Counted from the first letter of the whole stretch, positions 36,462 through 51,028 are shown. The stretch is DNA of 63,850 nucleotides, filler included, from Octopus bimaculoides (GCF_001194135.2; 6 parts of 6 records of this genome joined end to end with filler, not necessarily neighbours in it); one strand, 5' to 3'. The notes: a model not told the origin generated them from the letters alone. A program made the numbers and translations.

Positions 36462-37140
36462 ATGGCTATGTGTACCAAAGAAGAATAGGAATCTGTGATT
36501 CGATTTTTCTGGCCTGAAAGTTTCAGGGACTGAAATTCATTGCAGGCTTTCAATACCATACGGGGACAGTGATCTATCGCGGAGAAGCGTATATGAGTAA
36601 ATCCAGAAGTTTTAAATTGGCCAGACAAGTGTGGAATACGAAGAGAGAGCAGGACGCTCATCAACCTCCACTACTGACATGAAGATTCAACAAGCTCGAG
36701 AGAGAGAGTTCTGGTGAACTGACGAGTGACCATCGATGAGGTGGCATATTCTCTGCAAATGAGTCATGGTTATGTAAACGAAATCATCCGCAGAAAGCTT
36801 CGCACCGTGAAGTGCTTACCAATGCGCATAAGCGCGATTGCGTGGAGATCTGTCAACGCTTACTCGACCTCTACAAGAGGAAGGCGAAGCTCTTTTGGAG
36901 AGAATAGTCACAGAAGATGTGACTTGGGTCCATCACTTTTGAGCTAGAATTCAAAAGGAAGCACTCAAAATCGCAAGTGAAAAAGCAATTCATGACCCAA
37001 ACTTACGCAAAAGTAAAGCTAACCGTTTTGGGGGGGACGCAAAAGGGACTGTAGACTTGAAAAAGAGGATCTACATTCACCAATGTACGCTGCAGTAAAA
37101 TGCCTGCCAGCAAACTGACACCAGCAGAAGTCTATTGTGA
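36462..37140 (+). mobile_element. Second mariner transposase fossil (partial)
   Basis: MAMCTKEE*ESVIRFFWPE...EIHCRLSIPYGD...SRRSVYE...VTIDEVAYSLQMSHG...RIVT.D.TWVHH; multiple stops and frameshifts. Confidence 0.8.
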
Positions 37141-38039
37141 AAACAAACTGGTATGGCGGCGATATTTATTGTGGCATTTTATGTTCAAATTCAGTCCGTC
37201 GATGAAATAAACCATCTGTTAATATAGTTACACACACTTCCTCTGTTTCCGAATTCTTTATTTTATTATTACAATTATTAAATTATAGACAATTTATAGA
37301 CAGTACAGGCCTGAAAAGATTTACGCTAAAATATATTTATGTCAAGTTCTTTTCTTATTATATCATATATCTAGCGTCCCGATCACTTTGACGTTAGTAA
37401 TGAAATTAGTTAACAGAGTACAGAGTTCACTGTTCTATTGACCTACAACACACAAAAGTGAAACTCTATCGATCTGTATCGGCAGTCCAGTACATGGCAC
37501 GTTATTTTCTTGACTACCGTGGAAAATAGAATTGATCAAAATGGAATGAGCATATGGCGATTGGATGACGTTGAATATTAAATGTGCTTAAAACCACAGA
37601 TGTCACTGAAATCTGGAATGGAAATAACTCTGCAAATCAATCATACTCACTCGTGCACACACACACGCATACATACGCACGCACGCACAAGCACGCACGC
37701 ATACATACGCACATACGCACACACGCACACATTATGCGTATGTGTGTGGGTATAAAAAATATATATGTATGTATATGTATATATAGTAGAAATAATATAT
37801 GAGTATATGCATATATAGGTACATATATGTTCATACCTACATCTACATGTATATATAGATGCATATCTGGGTACAGGACGTTGCAAGAAACGTGGACAAA
37901 ATGATAAACGGAGTACAGAAAGCACTCAGGCCACATAGAGAACATTTCCTTCATCAGCTGCCCCCATTCTAAAACTAAGCGTTTCGAAGAGATACATACA
38001 TATACGTGTGTTTGGGTGTATATAATTAAACAGACAGTC

Positions 38040-38102
<63 letters not shown>

Positions 38103-40284
38103 AGAGAATTGGTTTCGGGGTTCAAGATCGACTGGATCTTATAATGAATTGTGCCTTTTAATGATCTCTTTATCATACATTATTATGAAATCTATCGAAC
38201 ACTTGAACATTTTACCATTTTTTGATACTGTGAAATTTACTGAATATTTGAATTTGCATGAATATATAACAGAGCTCGTCACCCGAAGAGACACTTATAC
38301 TACTATTGTTGAGTGATATTAGTGCAATGTTGTTAATGATATATGTAACATTCAGTAATGAACACGCTGAAACAATTGTAGGCATTTGTAATAAAGCCAA
38401 ATTCTCATATTAATCCTCCTCCTCCTCCTTCATCCCCTTTTACTCTCTACTCTTGCCTTTCACTCTTTTTCGTCTTCTCATTCTCTAAACGAAAGAGGAG
38501 GAGGAGGAGGAGGAGAAAAGAAGAAGAGGAGAAAAGAAGAGGAGGAGAAAAGAAGAGGAGGAAGAGAAAAGAAGGAGAGGAGAAGAAAGAGCGAGAGCAA
38601 TATATATAAAGTCGGTAGATCAGTAGTAAATCATAGCTATAACTAGTGCTATACCGTGATGATAAAGTAGTATTAATAATAACAGCAACAACAAAATAAT
38701 AAACTCTTCGTAGTAATAATTTTAAACAATATTATTTCGAAATTTTTATGTTTTCTTCAATACCAGATATCAACACTATACTGGCTGCTCATAATGCATT
38801 TTCATTCCATAGGGGACCTCTGAACTGACCATGGTGTTTTTAACGCCGTTTTCCTTTAGTGAAAATTTTCTCTATGACACACCACGGCAGTGAAATTGCC
38901 TTTGAACTCATCAAAAAGTTTGTTTGCTTCAAACCATTGCTTTGAGCGCTAACCATATATCAGCCTGGCGTCCTTTGTGCAGTATTGTTTATTAATATCT
39001 TGCAAGAGCGAAACTTCAACTCGGTTTAGAGCTGTACCACTGGTATCTGGTACTGATGAGAGCGTAAAGGGTAGAAACTGAAAATACCTAACATTGGTGT
39101 TCTTAACACCATTTACCTAAAGCAAAAATTTTTCTCCATGAACAAACAGCACTGAAAATGCATTTTTTACAGGTCGAAATCTATAAGTTTGTTAATTTTG
39201 CTCATTGCTTAGCAAGGCAGCGCTATATANNNNNNNNNNNNNNNNNNNNNNNNNNNNNNNNNNNNNNNNNNNNNNNNNNNNNNNNNNNNNNNNNNNNNNN
39301 NNNNNNNNNNNNNNNNNNNNNNNNNNNNNNNNNNNNNNNNNNNNNNNNNNNNNNNNNNNNNNNNNNNNNNNNNNNNNNNNNNNNNNNNNNNNNNNNNNNN
39401 NNNNNNNNNNNNNNNNNNNNNNNNNNNNNNNNNNNNNNNNNNNNNNNNNNNNNNNNNNNNNNNNNNNNNNNNNNNNNNNNNNNNNNNNNNNNNNNNNNNN
39501 NNNNNNNNNNNNNNNNNNNNNNNNNNNNNNNNNNNATATATATATATATATATATATACTATTTATTTGTTTAAGGGTTGTTCTGGGCAAAGTGCGAAAA
39601 TAATCCTGACAGTTCAAAAACCGTAAAAACCCATGTAATTTGCTCACTTGTGTAATTTACGCAGGTGATTTTTCAGGATAAAATTTATTAAAAAAAGCTT
39701 CTCATGTAAGATTCGCATCCAAAGGTTTTTAGAATTGCAGATATGGCCAGGGGAAGAGTGTTTTCAATTTAGTTGTATTTAGCATAATTTCACTTTTGAT
39801 TAGATTTTATTAAATTTTCATGAAATAAAAAATAATTTCCGTTTAACAGGTATCACATTGAAAGCTATTAAATTACAAAGTATTTGTGTTGTTTATAATA
39901 ATCTCTATTTTACATTTCTTGCCCACAAGAGATTATATCCGATCTTTGGCATACTGCTGTATATCTTCATAAATCACCACAGGAAAAGTTATTGCTAAGA
40001 ATTATCAACCAAAACAAAGCTGATAAATACGCACAGGTGTTACAAATTAAGTTTAATTACCAATAAACATCAACTTGGATGACACTTTACTCAACCGACA
40101 GAGGAAGGTGACCGATAAAACTGATTATGTAAGCAGAATTCTGTCTTCTTGGCTCAAGTTCTGATTTCCCCATATTCTTGTGGGAACTTTTGATACGGAG
40201 TATCGAAATTTTAATCCCTTTCACACTTATAAAATGTCAAATAAACTTTAAAATTTGTCATTACCGTTATTGTCGGTATCGGCA

Positions 40285-40450
40285 GAACTTATGAATCGTT
40301 TACTGCGAAGGAAAAATTAAATATGTTGAATATGCATTTGAATACAGCAATAGAGCTGCCGGGAGGCATTTTAATGTTAACGAAGCTAATGTTCGAAATT
40401 GGCGTAAACAGTACGACAAACTTAAAACTATGCCTAGAAATAATCAGACA
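40285..40450 (+). mobile_element. pogo/Tigger-type transposase N-terminal (Brinker-like DNA-binding) fragment
   Basis: YESFTAKEKL / YVEYAFEYSNRAAGRHFNVNEANVRNWRKQYDKLKTMPR with one frameshift. Confidence 0.7.
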
Positions 40451-40846
40451 AAAATAAAACCATACAATCAAGATTATCCATATCATTACATTTTTTCCAG
40501 TCAGGAATATCCATATCACTATGTATGTCAATGCTGCTCCATTGCAATAGGTAGAAACTCAAAGCAATGTAAAATTTGGCCTGGAGCGTGATTACCAGCA
40601 TGAACGTCATACTTCAAAAAGTAACCACTAGCAAGCGGTCACTCTAATGATATTGCTTCTCTAATAAATGGAGGGAGAAATGACAAAAGAGAAAGATAAA
40701 GAAAAACAGATGGGTTATTTCCCCTTGGCGATTAAAGGAAAATAGATGGGCTATATCTGGACCCCTTCTAGGGAACCTAGCCGTCCAATTATAGATTTTT
40801 ATTGAACTGCAATGAGCCTAGTGACAAACTGGATGTTGGTTTAACA

Positions 40847-40886
<40 letters not shown>

Positions 40887-41039
40887 GATTTGACTCAGGT
40901 TCGGTCCTATTCCAGGTAGGATTTATGTGGGTGGCGGGTAACTAAGTGCTTAGAACCCTCCTGATAACCTTTCCTATCCCTGAAAGGCAAACTTTCTGTA
41001 GAAGCTCTACAGGTCATTCTATTCCAATCTTCGAATCTA

Positions 41040-41728
41040 GTACTCTTTCGACTCGATGATTGTGCCATGTGTTTCCAGCTTCAAATCCTCATTTCTGGCA
41101 GTTTCCAGTGTAAAACTTTTACAACTTGGTCGTGTTGCCGTTTTTTTATATTCTTCGTGTGCCAACTTGGGGCATTCTTCCATGAAATGTGCCACTGTCT
41201 CGTTACAAGTTACATTTTTCTGACACATTCTCTCCATATATATTTTTTCTCAAGTTGTCTGTTTTTATCGCTTGATTTTGGGCTGCTACAATCAGGTTCT
41301 CTGTTTCTTTTTTTAATTGCCCCTTTTTTAACCAAGCTCAGGTTTTTGTTTCACATACGTTTTCAGTGTCTCTCCAAAATTGGCCATGCAAAGGTTTCTC
41401 TGCGATCTGTTTGATGTGCTCTCTTTGTATTTCATTTTTGTCCTTTTCTCCTATTATGCGCTCCATCACCTGTTCTTAACTATCTTTAGTAATTTCCCAG
41501 TGCTACTCTGTAAATACTCTACTAGACATTTTATTTTCATCCGCACACATTCTTCTACGGCTATTAAGCCTCTTCCACCCTAGTTTCTCCTCAAATACAG
41601 TCAGTTGATATCAGCTTTCGGATGATAAGCTTCATGCATCGTCAACAACTTCCTAGTTTTCCTGTCAAGCTTCTTTACTTCGTTTCTGGTTCAGTCTATT
41701 ATTCAATTCCATATCTAATTAAGGGTAC
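41040..41728 (-). mobile_element. RLE-type LINE remnant
   Basis: NETVAHFMEECPKLAHEEYKK knuckle remnant and YHPKADINxLY.RRKLGWKRL-like motif; 5' end abuts (ATT)n at 41730-41798. Confidence 0.7.
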
Positions 41729-41798
<70 letters not shown>

Positions 41799-41869
41799 CA
41801 TCTGATTGGTTTTTTGCTTTGTACTTATATAAGTTGTCTCTAAGTCTCACTCAGAGACTTCAAGAGACA

Positions 41870-42365
41870 AGTTAGTAGTTTAAGTCGGTATTATGACTGG
41901 GATGCCATACTTTTGGCTAAAAGTTTGTTTTAAACGTAATTTGATGATAAGGGCTAGATGACAGTAAAAGATGTTTCCTATTATGTACATTAAAAAGTAC
42001 TTTTGATAATGTTTACAGATTAAAATGTTTTTGGACAATATATTTCGTAGGATATGAGCAGTCCCCATGAGGACTATTTTTTGAATTTCTCCCATTTCTT
42101 TAAATTTCCCGGTATCTGAGATAAGGAGCAATCAGCCTCTTTTGCTATCATTCCTAGGGCTCCTATGACAACAGGTGTTGAACTAGTCTTAAGCTTCCAC
42201 AGTTTGCCTATTTCTATTTCAAGACCTTTATATTTACTCAGTTTTAGTAGGTCTTGACAGATACATTTATGTCGATTGAGACAGTCATATCAATAAAGAG
42301 GCATGCTTTTTGTCTGAAATCCTTCGGTATTATGTCTGGCCTATTTATATCTATATTTTTTGTCA
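41870..42365 (-). mobile_element. RLE-type LINE 3' fragment
   Basis: PD.IPKDFRQKACLFIDMTVSIDINVS...LSKTE*I*GLEI...VVIGALG...EIQKIVLMGTAHILRNIL; flanked by (ATT)n at 42368-42437. Confidence 0.8.
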
Positions 42366-42366
42366 G

Positions 42367-42441
<75 letters not shown>

Positions 42442-42759
42442 AACAGCAAAAGTAATAATAGTTCCTAATTTATGTACAAGGCCAGTACGTTTGAGAGAAT
42501 GGGCTTAGTCGATACCATGAAACACACTACTTGACTGGTATTCTATTTTATTGGCCTAAAAAGGATAAAAGATATAGTTGACCTCATGACCTACCGAGAT
42601 CAACTTTGCCTTTCTTACATCCGTAGTCGATAAAATAAGTACCAGTCAAGTACTGGGTTTTGAGGTAATCGATTAACCTCTTCCCCATCAAAGTTGCTGA
42701 ACTTGTGCCAAAGTCTGAAACCATAATTGTTGTTATTTTTATTATTATTTTCATTGCAG

Positions 42760-42826
42760 GCGAAGGGAACAGGAAGGAGAATTAAAAAAAGACGTTGATC
42801 GCAGTGCCAAAGGCTTAACTAAGCAG
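42760..42826 (+). CDS. TMC: Probable TMC N-terminal exon
   Basis: Acceptor ttttcattgcag, donor CAG|gtacgt. Only the phase-2 frame is open (RREQEGELKKDVDRSAKGLTKQ). It ends in phase 0, compatible with the 48849 exon. Confidence 0.65.
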
Positions 42827-42894
42827 GTACGTAAAAAAGTATTCTAATCGGTTTAATTTATTATACTCAATGATAGAAATACTGCGGAGATTAG

Positions 42895-43228
42895 ACGTGG
42901 CTGTGCGGTAAGCCGTATCTGGGTTCAGTTTCATCGCTTGGTAAGTGTTCTCTACTATAGCCCCAGGCCGACTAAAGCCTTACGAGTGGATCTGGTTGGC
43001 GGAAACTGAAAGAAGCCAGTCGTGTGTGTGTGTGTGTTAATTTGTACCCCACCACCGCTTGACAACCGGTGTTTATGTCTCTGCAACGTAGCGGTTCGGC
43101 AAAAAGAGTTCGATAGAATAAGTACCAAGCTTAAAAGATAAGTGTTGGGATTGGTTTGTTCGATTAAATCTTTGAAGGCGGTGCCCCAGCACGGCCACAA
43201 TCTAATGAGTGAAACGAGTAAATGATAA
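42895..43228 (+). mobile_element. Composite A+B SINE
   Basis: ggctgtgcggtaag...cggaaactgaaagaagcc (GT)n cgcttgacaaccgg...gcggtgccccagcacggccac. Confidence 0.75.
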
Positions 43229-43910
43229 AGATAAGATACACTTTGTGAGAAGATATTACATTATTGTTTATATTACTGTAGAAAGGAATATCCAACAACA
43301 CTGTTATAGGCTGTTTATATTAGAATATAAGCTAGTAAAAACAATACCACCCTATTACATTACAGCAGACATATTCATTAGCCTCATTTGGTCGTAGATG
43401 TGTATTGCTCTGCCTGAAGAGCTGAGATGGCTATATGCAATTCAATTAGCTCTCCCCTGAGAAAACATAACTCAATTAAATTGATGCCCATCTAACAAAC
43501 CGTCCTGTTCAACAACTAATTGTATTTTTATACAATTTAGTCGGAGGAGGAACGGCAGCACACGAAACCCTTTCTAAGGGTCTCCCTGAGTAGTGGAAGT
43601 AAAAGAGGTTATCCTCAAACAATTGGCCTGACATGAATCCTAAAAATAATACCGACTTCGCTCACAAGAACCGGATGATGGCCTTGAATAGGATTACGGT
43701 TGAAAGCCACCACCTATGAACAAGAACGGTCTCTCGACGGGCTGACACAGTTTCCGCCAATCAATTTTTACTCACGAAACTTTGGTCGACCTAACGATAT
43801 AATGGATGTCACTTGCAGAGGTTGATGTTCTTTTTCTTGTTTATACCCTAATCAGCCCTGATCCAGCAGACTTATGGTCAAGAGAATTCCAGCCATGACC
43901 ACCCTGGTCT

Positions 43911-44350
43911 GCAACCATACTGCCGTGTCTGCAACCACGCAACTCAAATGGTAACCACAGAGTCATACATGTAATCACACAACCATGTTGATAACCATAC
44001 AGTTATACCTATAACCATATAGCTATATCTGTAACCTCACTATCGTGCCGGTAACCATATAGCTTTTAACCTGTGGTCACTGCACAAACTATGACGGTAA
44101 CTAGGTAACCGCACCTTTACTCACGAAGCTTGTTACCACACTGCCATACCCGTCACTCTGCTGCCAAACCTATCAGAACACAATCATGCCTGTAACTTGA
44201 AAGCTATATCTGTAATCGAGCAATGTGGCATTGATCTCTGGCCTGGATTGGTCTTACTCTACCTAAAATAACATAACTTTACATATAACAACATAGCTTT
44301 ACATATAACCATGTAATCTTACCTATAACCTCACATACACACCTATAACT
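43911..44350. repeat. Degenerate 20-bp minisatellite
   Basis: Units gcaaccatactgccgtgtct / gtaaccacagagtcatacat / ataaccatacagttatacct / ataaccatatagctatatct in exact 20-bp register to about 44060, then irregular. Confidence 0.75.
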
Positions 44351-44724
44351 ACATACCTCTTGTTTTCTCTGTATGTGTATGCATGCACGCGTGTGTGTGC
44401 GTGTGTGTGCATAAGTTGTATTGATAATTGGTAGGGTGCTTTAAACAGAAAATTGGTTGTTAGTTTTTTTTTTATATGACAATGAGAGATTTCGTGAACG
44501 AGAAATCAGAGCAGCAGATGATGATGATTAAGTTATTCATCATTCACTTTAATTACGTTTTAAGTATTTAATTATACAATTAAAAATGAATCCTGAGATA
44601 GCCAAATTGTCACAAATCTATAGAAGATCGTGATAACTTTTCTCAATCCTGCAGTTTATTTTATTGATCCCCAGTTGATGACAAAGAATGACTCAGCACG
44701 ATTTGAATTTGGGTTATTACTTTT

Positions 44725-45248
44725 TTACTCTTTTACTTGTTTCAGTCATTTGGCTGTGGCCATGCTGGAGCACCACCTTTAGTCGAGTAAATCGACCCCA
44801 GGACTTATTCTTTGTAAGCCTAGTACTTATTCTTTCGGTATCTTTTGCCGAACCGCTAAGTTACGGGGACTTAAACACACCAGCATCGGTTATCAAGCGA
44901 TGTTGGGGGGACAAACACAGACACGCAAACATATAGACACACACNNNNNNNNNNNNNNNNNNNNNNNNNNNNNNNNNNNNNNNNNNNNNNNNNNNNNNNN
45001 NNNNNNNNNNNNNNNNNNNNNNNNNNNNNNNNNNNNNNNNNNNNNNNNNNNNNNNNNNNNNNATATATATATATATATATATATACGACGGGCTTTTTTC
45101 AGTTTCCGTCTACCAAATCCACTCACAAGGCTTTGGTCGGCCCGAGGCTATAGTAGAAGACACTTGCCCAAAGTGCCATGCAGTGGGACTGAACCCGGAA
45201 CCATGTGGTTCGTAAGCAAGCTACTTACCACACAGCCACTCCTACGCC
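44725..45248 (-). mobile_element. Composite A+B SINE across a gap
   Basis: B module at 44725-44920 and A module at 45085-45248, both minus strand. Confidence 0.8.
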
Positions 45249-46260
45249 TATTATGGCTATTTTAAGTTTTCCAATTTGTGGTATTCGATCATTTATACAT
45301 AATATCTATTCTTTATTCTTATGTTTAAGGTGATATCAAATAAGATGTTGCGAAATTTATTACTTTGTCAAGTGTGTAGGAACGTAAGGGATTAAAACCA
45401 AATATTGAAACCGCATTGCAATGTCGAATGAGCAAAAACATAGCTCTGCTTTTACTGCCCTTGTATGAAATAGTAGGAGAAACTAAAAAAGGACAGTCTG
45501 TCCATTGAAAACTGACAGATACTGAAATTTCATGCGTATAGGATATCGCCAGAGCAACCTTGATCGAGAAAACCTATGAGCAAAGACGTTCCAGCAGTGA
45601 TTATTCCATCCTCTTTTTATTTTAGGCATTGTATATAAGAACCAAGTTATCTAAAGCCTTCGTTATTTCTCCAAACTAGTACAATGTATGAGTCGAGGAG
45701 GATTGAGCTACTACTTCTAGTAGCTCATGTAACCGCAGATATACTCCTTTGTTAGTTTCTCTGCATGTTTGTCGGTCTGTATACATTCACGCCTGTACAT
45801 ATGCATATGTGTATGCCTGTATATCTGTATATCTATACGTTTGGTATTAACCACAATAGAAGTGAATGAGATGGATTCCGTCAGAGCCCAGCATCCACTG
45901 TTCCTCAGCACATATCCAGTGTGAATTCAGTCCCAATACACTGCTTTGCAGATGAGGAAGCTATTAAAGAATGTTGCTATATATGTATGTACTTACACGG
46001 TCGATAACCTGTTAGAAATAGCTCCCAAATTTCCTTCAAACTTAAACCTTGTATTGTTAAGATGATAACTATTCGCATAACTTCGTTCTGGATATACCAG
46101 CAATAAAAAAAGAAACGTTACTTGATCAATGAACATGAGAGAGTGACATAAGTTTATAAATTATTCAATTGGCTTAAGCCAAATATGCCTGGGATCATTA
46201 GGTCTTGTGAACCAGTGCTGCTCTGGGGAAAACAACATACAAATACGTGCAAGCAGGTAA

Positions 46261-46295
<35 letters not shown>

Positions 46296-46337
46296 CGTGC
46301 GTGTTCATGTGCGTATGTGCGTGAGAGAGAGAGAGAA

Positions 46338-46378
<41 letters not shown>

Positions 46379-48128
46379 GCTTGCATGTTTCTGAATTGGC
46401 AAAGTTGCGGCTCCCTGTGTTTTGGGCTCAAATCCCACCAAGGTCAACCTTTGTTCTTTCGGGGTTGATGGGATGATGTACCAGTGGAATGGAGCCGTCT
46501 GGTGGAATCATTGAGCAGCATTTTCTCCCGCTCTCTTTTGTTTTGCTTTTTGCGTTAAGTTCTGGATGCTATGCATAATCCCTTGCCCGATTTACCACCA
46601 CCTCCTAGTTTAAACGCGTCATTAGCAGGGTTCACTTTGTTGAAAGCTTCAGGATAACTTTCTCACACTTCTCACTAGCCTCGGAGGCCCTGAAAAAATG
46701 AAGTTTCATATGCCCTACTTTTCCCTGTCGATAAAATATCAATCGTTCGTTTTAACCATCAAACCCGAAGCTATGCTATAGCAACATCATCACAGTTAAA
46801 TGTTTGTTTGTTGGTTTGTTGTTCGTTTGTTCGTTCGTTTGTTTGTTTCGTTGTTTGTTTGTGTCATCACTATATATATATTTAGATATCCAATGCTTTG
46901 GTTAAGTATATCATGTCATCTCTAGTTGGTGTATACATGGCATCATCAGTTATTGACTCAACGAATTAGTGGACGTTGGTCCCTTTAGGTTATAGCTTTC
47001 TGTTGAAGGCTGATTTAGTATGTGATAAATGTAAAGAACTTTCAAAGGACTTTAAGTTAACTTTGGTCCCATTTTATAATCTTTTTAGTAGGAAGTTATT
47101 CAACTGAGAACCTTTAAATGCCAGAGTCTTGTTGCATAGGGTACTGGCGTGAGAGTTAGTGAAAGGCAATGTTGAGATTTGACAGTAAATGCAACTCATT
47201 CCTCTTATTTTTCTCTCTTGTATGACAAACTTTAAAACTCAGAAACATCATTTACGAGAATGTTCCAAACATACACACATATTCACTGTGCGTATATATA
47301 TTTATACGTATGTATGTATGTATGTATGTATGTATTATGTATGTATGTATGTATGTATGTGTAAACAGATACATACACACACACGCACATGCACGCACAC
47401 ACATACACACCCACAAACTATGATTTTTATATATCTAGAAGAAAGTGTAACAGGTGTCTTCTTTATTTGAGATTAAATAATGTCTATGGTATTGATTTAA
47501 GTTTTTAAAGAAAGACATAAAATGGACACGCTGAACGCAGTGGGGAGACAGAAGGGTTGGGAAGAGAGAAGGGTTGGGAGACAGAAGGGAGAGAAAGAGA
47601 GAGAGAGAAAGAGAGAGAGAGAAAGTGGATGTTCTGGTATCCTTGTCTTACGTTCTTTTATTCTTTATTTGTTCATTATCCGTGCTGGTTCCTCTCCACA
47701 CCCACATATTCACTCTCTTAAATATTATATTCTCCAAGCGTTAAGTATATATATATTGTTGCAATAAACAGGCAACTGAACCCCACTTTTGCAATCAATA
47801 TGGCTACCCTACAGCTTTTATGTCTCCGTTGGCAGAAAAATTGGACTCGTTTCTAGTCTCCTTATACCGTCATCAGAGAAGGTGTAACTATATTCTATCA
47901 GAGATTATTAGTTTATGGGTATGTATTGAGAATAGAAACTGAAAGCTAAATAAATCTCTCTATTATGAATAACAGTGCATGCGCTGACGATATGGGGATT
48001 TTAATTTTTAATGCACTGCACAGCGTGTTTTGATTTGTGCACTGTGTGTGTATGTACATATATATGATTATGCAACTAAACATTCATGCATAAGTAAGCA
48101 CACACACATACACACAACAACACACACG

Positions 48129-48163
<35 letters not shown>

Positions 48164-48717
48164 GCACACACGCACACAATAATACCCCGTTTGAGCTTAA
48201 AAGGTTGTAGTTCTCACTGTGTATGTTTTGCCGTGTCCATTAGCAAATTCTAGAAGTATGTACTAAAGACGGTCGGATTATGGGATTACAAAGGAAAACA
48301 AGAGAAGATTGTTTATAAAAAAAGCTTTAATGTAATCTAGATTGCTTTGTAACTTATATGGTACATTCACGCATAATTATGTATATGTGTATGTGCGTAT
48401 GTGTGTGTGCTTTCGTGCGTTCGCGCATATGTGTAAACATACTTAAATTTAGTATTCTGCATATTTTTCTTCCTATCCTCTTATTTTAATTCTCTTTGGT
48501 TTAACTGAAATGTTAGAATCTCTTCTATTTCTTCTCATTTGGCATATTCGTTTTCACTGTACACATTCTATGGTTTTAAAAGTTTTGTTTTATATATCTC
48601 TGTTTTTCCAACCATGTGTTTTATTTGTGTACATGTTATCTATTTGCTTGTCTCTTTGCTTATCTTTTCTCGTTTTACTGGTGTGATTTTCTTTCTCTCT
48701 GTCTCTGTCTCTCTCTG

Positions 48718-48774
<57 letters not shown>

Positions 48775-48848
48775 TATATATATATATATATATATATATC
48801 AATATATTTATATATGTCCCAATATATAGCCATTTTAATTCATTTCAG

Positions 48849-48930
48849 AAATGGAACAAATTCAAACGAGAACTGCGGGAAATTTCCTATAAACTGGAAC
48901 CTTGGAGAGCGTCTATCAAAGCTGTGGAAG
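48849..48930 (+). CDS. TMC: Transmembrane channel-like (TMC) protein exon
   Basis: Acceptor attcatttcag, donor AAG|gtaata (phase 1). KWNKFKRELREISYKLEPWRASIKAVEG resembles the TMC pre-TM1 motif (W..F.....LELW...I..IEG). Confidence 0.85.
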
Positions 48931-49392
48931 GTAATATATAGCAGATTATATCAAGGGTTGGCATTTATCTGACAGCGTCAGTATAAATAATAGAAAGTCC
49001 CAGTGCTTGTGCATGTTGTTCTCGATGTTCACGTGTAACTTATAGTAATAATAGTGTTAACAATACAGCCCAGGGGATAATCCTCTCTAAATTAGACACA
49101 AGACTAGCAATTTTCAAGGGATTGGAAAGTCGATTACATCAACCCCAGAGCCCAACTGGCACTTTATCTAATCGATTTCGAAAGAATGAAAGGCTAAGTC
49201 GACCTCAATGGAATTTGAACTCAGAAAGTAAAGAACCTGAAAAAAAAAAAAAAACGCCGCTAAACTTTTTACCCGGCGTGCTAAGGTTTCTACCATCTCA
49301 GCAGCTTAGCCTAGTCGGGTAATAAGATGTTTTTACTTAAGCTTTCTTGATTTTAATATTTGCAATTTTTAAACAACACACACACACACACA

Positions 49393-49429
<37 letters not shown>

Positions 49430-49464
49430 ACGCACGCACACAAACAGACATACACTCACACAAG

Positions 49465-49860
49465 CGCGCATCCAGTCGTTAGATGTTTTAAGATATTTGT
49501 CCAGTGCAATAGTGGTGGTTTTGTAAGAGATTTCAAACTGGATCAAGTCTCGACCTCCTCGAGCTCTGAGGAGGTAAAGACGATCTGCGTCTGCCTTTGG
49601 GTGGTGCATCTTATTGCAAGTCAGCAGCTTACGTATTTTCCAGTCAATTTTCCTTATTTTGTTAATATTCCAGTTCAACACGTAGAAACTATGAATAACA
49701 ACTGGAACTGCTGAGGAATTTATGGCTAACACCTTGCTACGGGGCGTTTTAACTGAGATTTTAGGACTGCTCGAACTCTCCTGTAACATTCCTTCCTGAT
49801 CCCTTTCATGCATGCATGCTGAATGCCAGAGCCCTCATTTATTCCGCAGTATTTGTTTCT
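49465..49860 (-). mobile_element. RLE-type LINE remnant
   Basis: GIRKECYRRVRAVLKS...SKVLAINSSAVPVV...LLTCNKMHHPKADADRLYLLRARGGRDLIQ. Confidence 0.8.
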
Positions 49861-49927
49861 TCCTGTTTTATTATTGTTGTTGCTGTTGTTTATTTTTAAT
49901 TTGCATGTTTGATGCATTCACTTGCCG

Positions 49928-49995
<68 letters not shown>

Positions 49996-49996
49996 A

Positions 49997-50212
49997 GACG
50001 AGCGAGCTGGCAGAATCGTTAGCGCGCCGGGCAAAATGCTTAGCGACATTTCGTCTGTCTTTACGTTATGAGTTCAAATTCCACCGCGGTCGACATTGCC
50101 TTTCATCCCTCCGGGAGCGATTAAATAAGTACCAGTAAAACACTGGGGTGTATGTAATTGACTTGCTCCCTTCCCCAAATTTCAGGCCTTGTGCCTATAG
50201 TAGGAAGGATTA
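49997..50212 (+). mobile_element. SINE family C
   Basis: gcgagctggcagaatcgttagcgcgccgggcaaaatgcttagcg...gagttcaaattcc...aatttcaggccttgtgcctatagtag. Confidence 0.85.
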
Positions 50213-50221
50213 TTATTATTA

Positions 50222-50490
50222 CTATTGAGTGAGAGAGCAGTGCATATCATCAAAGTGACACTGGGATACAACTATACGAAGCTCAATATACCCATTATAA
50301 CTACCCGTCTGACAAAGGCATATAAGGCATCACAACCATCATATGTGCACGATATTGTGCTCTTATATTAAGATAAACACTACATGACCTTGAAGGTGGG
50401 GCCCAGTTAGAATCTTCTTTAGGTTGAGTAGCCCATCCCGCACAAAAGGTTCCTGAATAAGGTTTGTTTAAGGATGATGAACGAAATGCC
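50222..50490 (-). mobile_element. Interspersed repeat (family E, retroelement 3' end with AAT tail)
   Basis: Near-duplicate at 56318-56575; on the minus strand it ends ctgctctctcactcaatagtaataat. Confidence 0.7.
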
Positions 50491-50584
50491 CCTAAGTTAC
50501 TAGTGTAAGTTGAGATAAACTTTATCATGACGCTGCTTACGTTCTTTTAGCGCTAACATTTTTCACGACCTACTAAAGTTATTC

Positions 50585-50723
50585 GATCATCATCATCATC
50601 ATCATCATCATTATCATTATCATCATCATCATCATCATCATCTTCATCATCATCATCATCATCATCATTATCATCACCATCATCGTCATCGTCATCGTCA
50701 TCGTCATCATCATCATCATCATT

Positions 50724-50758
<35 letters not shown>

Positions 50759-50829
50759 TATCATCATCATCACCGTCATCATCATCATCATCTTCATCAT
50801 CATCATCATCATCATTATTACCATCACCA

Positions 50830-50864
<35 letters not shown>

Positions 50865-50906
50865 ATCATCATCATCATTATCATCATCATCATCATCATC
50901 ATCATC

Positions 50907-50939
<33 letters not shown>

Positions 50940-50997
50940 TTCATCATCATCATCATCATTATCATCATCATCATCATTATCATCATCATCATCATCA

Positions 50998-51028
<31 letters not shown>

